A DNA stretch of 64,000 nt, from positions 124-64,123 of the forward strand of contig JASLMV010000015.1 in assembly GCA_030746435.1 (NCBI GenBank). Direction: 5' to 3'. Each line of letters starts with the position of its first letter. Within the stretch, counting starts at the first letter, position 1. This stretch comes from Gammaproteobacteria bacterium (GTDB lineage Bacteria; Pseudomonadota; Gammaproteobacteria; Steroidobacterales; GCA-2729495). The position numbers and the translations under genes are program-made. This document shows positions 17,071 to 24,540 of this stretch, in pieces. A model generated the notes under the pieces. It was not told the DNA's origin. It did not search any database and worked only from the letters and a program-made list of their open reading frames with translations.

Positions 17071-17744
17071 GCCTGGTTTTCGAACATGTTTCGCTTGAGC
17101 TGGGCGACGGCGACCAGAAAGTTAAGGCACTCGACGATGTATCGGGAAGCGTTTCCCCCGGTGAACTTGCAGCCGTGGTCGGGCCGTCCGGTGTCGGTAA
17201 ATCCAGCCTGCTGGCGGTATGCGGTGGACTGCGCAGCCCGACCGATGGCGAAATCAGCATCAATGAACAGTCAATTTCCGGTCTTTCGCCGGCACAACTG
17301 ACCCGCATCCGACGGGACTACATCGGTTTCGTATTTCAGCAATCCAATCTTGTGCCTGCACTGACATCGGTTGACCAGTTGCTGCTGGTGCCCAGTCTGC
17401 GGGGCAGGAGGCCTACGGCCACTGACCGGGAGCACGCGCTTGCACTGCTTGCGGAAGTGGATATGTCACACCGTGCCGATCGCCGGCCGGACCAGTTGTC
17501 GGGTGGTGAGCGTCAGAGGGTGGGTATCGCGCGGTCACTGATGAGCGATCCAATGGTCCTGTTGGTGGATGAGCCGACCTCAATGCTCGATCATGCGCGT
17601 GGTCATGCCATCGTGGAACTGTTGGCTACCCGGTGTGTCGAACACAAGGTCGCCGCACTCATGGTTACACATGATGCGACTATGCTTGATTCGGCCAGCA
17701 GTGTTATGCATATAAAAGATGGCCAGATCACGCAAGAGCATTAA
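17067..17744 (+). CDS. ABC transporter ATP-binding protein, HrtA/LolD-like
   Basis: Walker A GPSGVGKSS, signature LSGGERQRV, Walker B LLVDEPTSMLD. The block IGFVFQQSNLVP is typical of the MacB/HrtA class. Confidence 0.9.
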   Translation: MSLVFEHVSLELGDGDQKVKALDDVSGSVSPGELAAVVGPSGVGKSSLLAVCGGLRSPTDGEISINEQSISGLSPAQLTRIRRDYIGFVFQQSNLVPALTSVDQLLLVPSLRGRRPTATDREHALALLAEVDMSHRADRRPDQLSGGERQRVGIARSLMSDPMVLLVDEPTSMLDHARGHAIVELLATRCVEHKVAALMVTHDATMLDSASSVMHIKDGQITQEH

Positions 17745-17753
17745 GGTTATAAG

Positions 17754-18854
17754 ATGAAAATACTGCATCTGCATTTATTTGTGCGCTTGTCCTGCGTTTC
17801 CCTCGCGGCGCTCGTCTGCGTGTTGGCCAGCCCCGGCGGAGTAAATGCCCAGGAGCACCTTGCGCACCAGCACACGGCTATTCCGGAGATGGATGTCGAT
17901 GGCAGACGGCTGGATCCCAATGCCAAGCAACACAATATGAACGATGCGCAGCTCGCCGCGCTGCGCGAGAAAATTGCCCTGTACCGTGCGCTGACCGACA
18001 ACGAAGTGCGCATGAACATGGCGCTGATGGGACCTAACTATGAGTGGTACGTCAGCGATACAGGAAAACAGGGGGATATCGGCGTCCTCATTCTCGCGCA
18101 CGGTATAGGCGAGAACAGCGACAGACTGCTCGTCGACAGGCTGAAGCCCATGGCAGAGCGTTGGCCGACGGCGGTCAGCTTTGGTATGGCGATGATGATG
18201 TCGTCGCCTATCCAGTCTTCGGTAAACGACCTGACCGCACGGGGCGTCAAAACCATAGTGCTGGTGCCGACTTCGGTAACACAACACAACTCGCTGACAC
18301 GGCAATGGCAATATATTTTCAATATGCGGGATGAGTCGTCTTATCTCGATGTGCCGCGCGTAAATACGGATGCAAATATCCTGATGAGCTCGCATTTCGA
18401 GGACCATCCACTGATCTCGGAAGCGCTACTTGAATACACCATGGAGCAGAGTGAAGATCCATCCAATGAGGTGGCCATCCTGGTGGGCCACGGGCCGGAG
18501 GATATCGAAGACAATATCCCCGACCTCGAGTTACTGCAGGCACATGTCGACTATATTGCCGCTGCAGCCCCCTTCAGCGACGTTAAAGTCATAAACCTGC
18601 AGGATGATGCCTATCCGCCGATCCGCAAATCGAATGTCAAGAAACTCAGGCGCTGGGTTACCAGTGCGCAAAGGCAGGGCAAAGAAGTGATTGTGACGGT
18701 CGTCACCAGCGGGAGTTTCGGCGTGCAGGCGCATATCAGAGAAGACCTGCGGGGGCTCGACTACCGCTTTGCCAAAAAGGGTTTAGTGGAGCACCCTAAC
18801 TATCTCAAGTGGCTGGAGAAAGCCGTCGAGGAGCGGCTCGCTGCCGCTGACTGA
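17754..18854 (+). CDS. Exported two-domain CbiX-like (class II chelatase fold) protein, copy 1
   Basis: Signal peptide (...VLASPGGVNA/QEH). Two CbiX-type halves: GVLILAHGIGENSD...IVLVPTSVTQHNS and VAILVGHGPEDIEDN. Starts 9 nt after the ATPase stop. Confidence 0.6.
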   Translation: MKILHLHLFVRLSCVSLAALVCVLASPGGVNAQEHLAHQHTAIPEMDVDGRRLDPNAKQHNMNDAQLAALREKIALYRALTDNEVRMNMALMGPNYEWYVSDTGKQGDIGVLILAHGIGENSDRLLVDRLKPMAERWPTAVSFGMAMMMSSPIQSSVNDLTARGVKTIVLVPTSVTQHNSLTRQWQYIFNMRDESSYLDVPRVNTDANILMSSHFEDHPLISEALLEYTMEQSEDPSNEVAILVGHGPEDIEDNIPDLELLQAHVDYIAAAAPFSDVKVINLQDDAYPPIRKSNVKKLRRWVTSAQRQGKEVIVTVVTSGSFGVQAHIREDLRGLDYRFAKKGLVEHPNYLKWLEKAVEERLAAAD

Positions 18855-18865
18855 CGGTCAAACAT

Positions 18866-19471
18866 TCAGTCGCCGTTTTCTTCTGCCTGATCCGGTGTAC
18901 TGCTCCTCCGGGTAATCCATGTGCCTGCAGCACCCAGCAACAGCAATGCTGTAACAATAAAGGCGAGCGTCATCGTCGTTAGCTTCCCTATCTTGGAGGC
19001 GACCGCCAGATTGGCTGCAATCTCCACCTGTTGCGGCCAGGTATTTACTACCCATAGCAGGTTAATGTTTTCCAGGTAGTCAAAGACAGCAGGCATCATT
19101 AACAAGATGAAATATTTTCGGGCCAGGAATGCTTTATACAGGTCTATAGAAAAGTTTCGCAAGGCAAATGCACACAGGCTTGCAATCGTTAGTGAAGCAA
19201 AGAATGGAAATACAAAGTCTACCGCCTGGAAGATGATGTACAGGTCAAATGCCTGATCGGTATAACCGTTGAGTTGCTGAAATATTTCAGCCGGTGTCAA
19301 TGCGTTCTGCATATCAAATGGCGGAACGCCACCGGAAACTGCCGGAAACTCATTGCTGAGACGTTGCAGTATTAGAAGCGAACCCACAAATACTACGAAG
19401 ACAATGAGAAACTTCTGCCACGTACTGGAACATTCAACGATCAGGCCATTCAGTCTGGCAAGCATATCCAA
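18866..19471 (-). CDS. Polytopic membrane protein of unknown function
   Basis: About 4 predicted TM helices. I recognise no motif. Downstream of, and on the same strand as, hydrolase 19546..20511. Confidence 0.5.
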   Translation of the reverse strand: MDMLARLNGLIVECSSTWQKFLIVFVVFVGSLLILQRLSNEFPAVSGGVPPFDMQNALTPAEIFQQLNGYTDQAFDLYIIFQAVDFVFPFFASLTIASLCAFALRNFSIDLYKAFLARKYFILLMMPAVFDYLENINLLWVVNTWPQQVEIAANLAVASKIGKLTTMTLAFIVTALLLLGAAGTWITRRSSTPDQAEENGD

Positions 19472-19545
19472 TCCCCCGCTAGACCAATGTGGAAGAAACG
19501 CCGGTCATATTACCACCGCCCGTTACCCGGCCAGTGTGCCAATCC

Positions 19546-20511
19546 TTAGCGGCGGCTGGCCCAGAAGGACCGGGCGTCGCGGATGGCAAATGCCGCATCC
19601 GCGGGGTTTTCCTCATGCACGAAATGCCCGGCATCCTCCACCAGGACCAGTTGGCTGCCAGAAATCATTTTCTGTAACTTGTCCGCCTCATCGACTGTTT
19701 TACGTCGGTCATCAACACCCCAGACGATAAGGGTCGGAATACGCACATCGCCCAATAGCTCAATTTCCCGGCCCGGTTTGAAGTTACTCATCAAGGCGGT
19801 GACACCTTCGATGTAACCCTCGCTGCGAGTTGTCAGCATAAGCTCATCGAGCCTTGCTTGCGTGAAAGTTTCCGGAATGACATACGAACTCCTCAGCAGG
19901 TTCTCCCTGAACTCCCGTTCCGCGAAGGTCCTTGCGACCAGCCGGGGAAATGGAAAAATCAGGTACTGGGTTGTCGGAGGAATGCTTGTGCTGATTATGC
20001 CGGGATTGAACAGGATCATGCCGACTACCACCGGAGAGTTAATCGCAACGCGTACCGCATGCGTACCACCCATCGAATGGCCGCCGATGACAACCTCATC
20101 GAGTCCAAGGGCATCGATAAACTCGATTACCGTTTTGGCCTGTGTGGCGTTGTTATAGTCGCGGTCGGCCGGCTTGTCAGAGAGGCCAAAGCCCGGTAAA
20201 TCGAGTGCAATAACGTAGTGATCGGCTGCGAGGACTTCGGCAACAGGCTGAAAAGACATGGCGGAATTGGCGAAGCCGTGGAGCAGGACAATGGATGGCC
20301 GGTCCTCGTCGGGCTCGCCCCAGGTTCGATAGCGTAGCTGCAGACCGTCGGCGGTGATGAACTTGTCATCGGGAGCTGCAAGCTGTACCGAGGGAACGCC
20401 GTCGTCGTAAGGCCAGTATGCGAATATTATGAGTCCGGTATACACAACCAGCAGCAGTCCGAATATGGTGACCAGAATCCTGCCTAACATGGGAGTACCG
20501 TGAATTGTCAA
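19546..20511 (-). CDS. Membrane-anchored alpha/beta-fold hydrolase (second copy of the module)
   Basis: N-terminal TM helix (ILVTIFGLLLVVYTGLIIFAYW). LLHGFANS, GGHSMGG, DAGHFVHEE. Confidence 0.8.
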   Translation of the reverse strand: MTIHGTPMLGRILVTIFGLLLVVYTGLIIFAYWPYDDGVPSVQLAAPDDKFITADGLQLRYRTWGEPDEDRPSIVLLHGFANSAMSFQPVAEVLAADHYVIALDLPGFGLSDKPADRDYNNATQAKTVIEFIDALGLDEVVIGGHSMGGTHAVRVAINSPVVVGMILFNPGIISTSIPPTTQYLIFPFPRLVARTFAEREFRENLLRSSYVIPETFTQARLDELMLTTRSEGYIEGVTALMSNFKPGREIELLGDVRIPTLIVWGVDDRRKTVDEADKLQKMISGSQLVLVEDAGHFVHEENPADAAFAIRDARSFWASRR

Positions 20512-20576
20512 CCTGAGGCTTTTTTAGACACTATGCAACAGCATGTCAATGAAGACTCCCGGAGCCTGCCAACCTT

Positions 20577-20612
20577 GTTTACATTCTGTTGACATTGCCG
20601 GGACTTGCCGGG
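20577..20612 (+). promoter_or_regulatory. Two adjacent direct-repeat pairs upstream of CbiX-like copy 2 (candidate response-regulator site)
   Basis: GTTTACATT-ct-GTTGACATT (20577-20596, 11-bp period; contains TTGACA), then TTGCCGGG-ac-TTGCCGGG (20595-20612, 10-bp period). Lies 53-88 nt upstream of the ATG at 20665. Confidence 0.3.
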
Positions 20613-20664
20613 CGTGCGGTTTGCTGGTATCCGTACGGGCTGCAGATCTTTTGGGGCACGGAAT

Positions 20665-21795
20665 ATGACAAGCGTGTACACGTTGGAAAATCATCTTATA
20701 AATATTCTGACGGGCTGCATTGCATCAGTCGCATTATTGGCCGGCTGTGCAACGACACCGGCCGATACCGATACGGGGGCTGTCGAGACACCGGTTGCGG
20801 CTCCTTCGCATGGCGCGCATATGAACCATGCCCGGCCGGATGAACTCGGGCGCCTGCTCTATGGCATGGAGCATTCCGCGGACGAGGCCATGCTGGACGA
20901 AATCAGGGTGAAAGGGCTGTTCCCGGGCGCCTCCTCGAACGAGCAAATCCTGACCATGATGAACAATATGGGATCCAACTATACGTGGCCCGCCAGCGAC
21001 GAAAGCCTGCGGGGCGATTCGGGCATCCTTATTCTGGCGCATGGTTTTGGCGATCACGGTGACCAGGTATTACGTGAACAGATGCTCGGCACGGGCACGG
21101 AGGTTCCTATCAGCTTCGCGTTCGGGATGAGCATGATGATGTCCGACCACATCCAGCTTGGTCTGGATGACCTGACGGATTCCGGCGTTAGGGATATCGT
21201 AGTTATTCCTGCCGTGAGCACCCGGCATAACACGCTAAAACGGCAGTGGGACTATGTGTTCGCGTTGCAGGATGAACCGGAATACGCCAGCGTACCGAGG
21301 GTCAGTTCGAATGCGCGGTTGCATTTTGCCAAACCGCTGGAAGACCATCCCCTGGTTGGGGAAATCATTGCCGACTATAGCGCCGAGATCAGCCAGAACC
21401 CGCCGGTCGAGGAGGTCATCATCGTCGGGCACGGCCCCGTCGACGCCGGCGATAACCAGCAACAACTGGACATGATGAATAACCTTGCAGATTACGTTCG
21501 CGAATCGGCTGATTATGCAGCCGTGCATGTTGCGACCCTGCAGGATGATGCGCCCGTCGAAGTTCGCAGAGCCAATGTTAATAGATTACGGGAACTGATC
21601 ACCAAAGCCAGCGAGGCGGGGCGGAATACGCTTGTGGTGACCAACCTGCTCGGAACACGGATGGTCCAGTCGAGCCTGCGGCGCGATTTGCGTGGCCTCG
21701 GGTATCGCTTTAACTTCAAGGGGCTGATCCAGCACGATAACTTTATCGAGTGGATAAACGCGTCAGCGCAAGAAAAGCTGGCTGCTATCAAGTAA
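20665..21795 (+). CDS. Exported (lipoprotein) two-domain CbiX-like protein, copy 2
   Basis: Lipobox VALLAGCAT. SGILILAHGFGDHGD...IVVIPAVSTRHNT and VIIVGHGPVDAGDN. Clear paralog of 17754..18854. ATG at 20665 preferred over TTG at 20605. Confidence 0.6.
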   Translation: MTSVYTLENHLINILTGCIASVALLAGCATTPADTDTGAVETPVAAPSHGAHMNHARPDELGRLLYGMEHSADEAMLDEIRVKGLFPGASSNEQILTMMNNMGSNYTWPASDESLRGDSGILILAHGFGDHGDQVLREQMLGTGTEVPISFAFGMSMMMSDHIQLGLDDLTDSGVRDIVVIPAVSTRHNTLKRQWDYVFALQDEPEYASVPRVSSNARLHFAKPLEDHPLVGEIIADYSAEISQNPPVEEVIIVGHGPVDAGDNQQQLDMMNNLADYVRESADYAAVHVATLQDDAPVEVRRANVNRLRELITKASEAGRNTLVVTNLLGTRMVQSSLRRDLRGLGYRFNFKGLIQHDNFIEWINASAQEKLAAIK

Positions 21796-21825
21796 GTAGC
21801 GTGTTGCGCAGTTCCTTATAAGTAA

Positions 21826-21926
21826 CCCCGCTTGCGCGGGGTCACTAATCTATCTATAAAAAAACCCCACTTACGTGGGGTTACTAATCTATCTATAAAA
21901 AAACCCCACTTACGTGGGGTTTTTTT
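21826..21926. terminator. Triplicated 39-bp bidirectional terminator hairpin array
   Basis: Three hairpins: CCCCGC-ttgc-GCGGGG (21826-41), CCCCAC-ttac-GTGGGG (21865-80) and the same again (21904-19). Each is preceded by an A7 run and the last is followed by T7. Located between convergent genes. Confidence 0.8.
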
Positions 21927-21967
21927 GTCTTCCATCTTTTCGGCGGCAAGAACCGCCTGACAGCTGA

Positions 21968-22303
21968 TTATTCAGCGCTTACCCAGTCACCGCCCTGGAA
22001 ACCGCAGCCGATTTCCAGACCACCGGCGTCGCCGGAGAAGTAACGCAGCTGGCTGTCACCCAGGTCGCAGGTTCCAACCAGGCCATCTGCGGAACAGGCG
22101 CCGTCAGAATGCACGGCATCCGCATTGTCATCGGTCTGGCCCAGTTCTGCGCAGGCATCCGCATCAACCGGTTCCTGGCAGACATTGAACGGACCTGCAA
22201 ACATGTTTTCCTGTACATAGTTGCAGCTGTCAGCGTAAACAGCCGAAGTGCTTCCAGCAAATGCTATTGCTGCGGTCACGGTAAGAATTCGAATTATTTT
22301 CAT
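21968..22303 (-). CDS. Small secreted acidic cysteine-rich protein (6 Cys)
   Basis: Strong SD (AAGGAG) 7 nt before the ATG at 22303. Signal peptide MKIIRILTVTAAIAFAGSTSAVYA/D. The mature part is about 87 aa with 6 Cys and many Asp. Confidence 0.6.
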   Translation of the reverse strand: MKIIRILTVTAAIAFAGSTSAVYADSCNYVQENMFAGPFNVCQEPVDADACAELGQTDDNADAVHSDGACSADGLVGTCDLGDSQLRYFSGDAGGLEIGCGFQGGDWVSAE

Positions 22304-22416
22304 GGTACTCAGTCTCCTTAGGACTATATTTGTGGGTATGAGTTGGCAAGATGATACCAAAAAGGGCTGCCTGCAAACCCTCATTGTTATGTATTGGATC
22401 GTTATAAGCCCGGGGC

Positions 22417-22635
22417 TCAGTAATGGGGCGGCTTTTCATCGTCCGGCGAACCGGTATCAGTACTTTCCGAAACGGCTTGCATGCGCTGGCGCAACTCGTC
22501 ACAGGTCTCCTCGAGGCCCCTGATAAGCTTCTGCTGGTCGAACATCGCATCGCTGAGTTCGGTTAATGCCTGGTCCATGTGGGCGAGCCGTATTTCGATT
22601 TCGGTCAGTTTCTGCTGCATGTCAGGTTGTTCCAT
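22417..22635 (-). CDS. slyX: SlyX family protein
   Basis: About 70-aa coiled coil (IEIRLAHMDQALTELSD) with a C-terminal ...PPHY as in E. coli SlyX. Confidence 0.8.
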   Translation of the reverse strand: MEQPDMQQKLTEIEIRLAHMDQALTELSDAMFDQQKLIRGLEETCDELRQRMQAVSESTDTGSPDDEKPPHY

Positions 22636-22790
22636 AGCGTGTTCTCATTGTGGTCAGGCGCGGGCGGGGTTCACGTATCCGTCGGCGAGAGCATAAACTA
22701 GTGCGGCCGGATAAGCGGTGTTTTACCGCGTTCAAACAATGCATTGCCACAACATATCCGGGCCCCCAATCGATAAAACCAGGTAGACAA

Positions 22791-23615
22791 ATGACGATGT
22801 ACACCATTCTTCGCAATGCTTTCTTGTTGGCACTCAGTACTCTTGCAATCCTGTCCTGTGCCACAGCGTCATCCGGCAACCAGGCAGGTGGGTTCGATCC
22901 CGGGCAGCCTACGGTGCTGATTACCGGATCCAACCGGGGCATAGGGCTGGCGCTGACACGACATTATGCAGGTGCCGGCTGGAATGTCATTGCAACTGCG
23001 CGCAATCCGGTAAAAGCCGATGAACTGAATGCATTGGCGGCAGGCGATCCGACAGTCATAGTCGAACAACTGGACGTTACTGACCTTGAACGTATCAATG
23101 GGCTTGCCGATGCCTACCAGGGCGTCCCGGTAGATGTGCTGATTAACAATGCGGCTGTGCTCGGGGACCTCGGCGGCCAGTTCTACGGTTCACTCGACTA
23201 TGATCAGTTTCAGTGGACGATGGCGGTGAATGTTTTTGGGCCCATGGCCATGGCGGAAGCATTCGAGCCACATGTTGCAGCCAGCAAACAAAAGAAAATA
23301 CTGACGCTAACAAGTGGTCTGGGGTCGTTAACGCTGATGAGCAAGATGCAGGGCATGACTTACTACCGCATCAGCAAGGCCGGCGTGAATATGGGCATGC
23401 GTGCTATCCGCGCAAACCTGATCAAGGACGGTATTATCGTTGCGCTGATAGCGCCGGGCATGGTCCAGACACAACTGCTTGCCGATTCGGGTTACACCGG
23501 CAAGGCGCTGACGCCCGATGAAAGTGCAGCCGGAATGGCCGGGATTATTGCCGGACTGACGCTTGATGATAGTGGCAAGCCAACGAATGTAGATGGCAAA
23601 ACAATACCCTGGTAA
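22791..23615 (+). CDS. Short-chain dehydrogenase/reductase (C-factor/CsgA-like SDR) with N-terminal lipoprotein-type signal
   Basis: TGSNRGIG cofactor loop, NNAA, YYRISK (YxxxK). N-terminus FLLALSTLAILSCAT. ATG at 22791. Confidence 0.85.
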   Translation: MTMYTILRNAFLLALSTLAILSCATASSGNQAGGFDPGQPTVLITGSNRGIGLALTRHYAGAGWNVIATARNPVKADELNALAAGDPTVIVEQLDVTDLERINGLADAYQGVPVDVLINNAAVLGDLGGQFYGSLDYDQFQWTMAVNVFGPMAMAEAFEPHVAASKQKKILTLTSGLGSLTLMSKMQGMTYYRISKAGVNMGMRAIRANLIKDGIIVALIAPGMVQTQLLADSGYTGKALTPDESAAGMAGIIAGLTLDDSGKPTNVDGKTIPW

Positions 23616-23641
23616 GACCGTAACCAGAGGAGTAGGTAAAA

Positions 23642-24526
23642 ATGGGCGAGCATCAAGTTAAGAAATTCGGAGAGTTGAGCCGACGGGACATCATACTTGG
23701 CGGTGCGGCTGCACTGGTGACAAGTTCTTTGCCGCTTAGGGCGGCTGACGGGCTGGATCTGGAAGACCCGTGGGACCGGTTAACAGCACTGGCCAAGTTA
23801 CGCGGCAGCACGGACGGCAGCACGGTAATGTGGTGGATGAAAGGCGTACGTTTCGGCGTCGTCGACCACATCGTAACGCCCATGTTCGGGATGCTGATAG
23901 GTAGTTTTCAGCGGATGCGGCCGCTACCGGGCAAAGGCTTTGAGCTGAATATGCTGGAGATGGGTTACTTCACCGATCTCGAGACCGGCGAAGTACTGGA
24001 TACCTTCCGTAATCCCTACAACGGTAAATTGTGTGAGGTACCCGAGCAGCGCCTCGGACCCTATCCGGTACTGATGACGCCTACCGGAGTCATTCTGCCT
24101 GACGTGCCGCCGTTCAACGAAGTCGAACTCAGTACCCGGATCGGCCCTGTAATCGTGCAGGGTGACGATGTCTGGATTCGCGACGACAGCACGGTCAAGG
24201 TTGATTCAGATCACCCGATGATGGGTAAGCATACCTACAACGAAATGGTTACCTATCGCGGCAAGCTTAGCGATATTAATAATCCGGATCTCGCATCGGC
24301 ACCCGCCGAGATCAGTTTCCAGAGTATTACGAGCTGGCGGGCCTGGCTGCAGGCCGATGGAGTTGGCGGCCACACGACAGGGCGGGCAAATGGCATGAAA
24401 ATATCCAGCGTCGACGAGTTTCCGGTTGAATATCTTGCAGCTGCGCGTGAGCGCCACCCGGATATCATCGCGGACCCTGATGCGGCAATGGACGCCGTTC
24501 CGGCCGCCCCCGGCGGACATGACTGA
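23642..24526 (+). CDS. Tat-exported DUF1838-like protein (paralog of 9049..10026)
   Basis: Tat-like SRRDIILGGAAALV...LRA/AD. YFTDLETGEVLDTFRNPYNGKLCEV parallels copy 1. Confidence 0.5.
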   Translation: MGEHQVKKFGELSRRDIILGGAAALVTSSLPLRAADGLDLEDPWDRLTALAKLRGSTDGSTVMWWMKGVRFGVVDHIVTPMFGMLIGSFQRMRPLPGKGFELNMLEMGYFTDLETGEVLDTFRNPYNGKLCEVPEQRLGPYPVLMTPTGVILPDVPPFNEVELSTRIGPVIVQGDDVWIRDDSTVKVDSDHPMMGKHTYNEMVTYRGKLSDINNPDLASAPAEISFQSITSWRAWLQADGVGGHTTGRANGMKISSVDEFPVEYLAAARERHPDIIADPDAAMDAVPAAPGGHD

Positions 24527-24540
24527 AAAATTTTCAGGCT

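Noticed and set aside
17754-21795. Annotating the two CbiX-like genes as genuine cobalamin/siroheme biosynthetic sirohydrochlorin chelatases (cbiX/sirB).
   Set aside because: Both carry export signals (signal peptidase I site; lipobox). No cob/cbi/cys biosynthetic neighbours are present, and they are paired with an ABC efflux-type pump and membrane hydrolases.
22880-22902. tRNA T-arm-like string GGTGGGTTCGATCCCGGGCAG, considered as a possible tRNA remnant or island att site.
   Set aside because: The flanks do not form T-stem, acceptor or anticodon arms. The string lies in frame inside the SDR coding region (…QAGGFDPGQP…).
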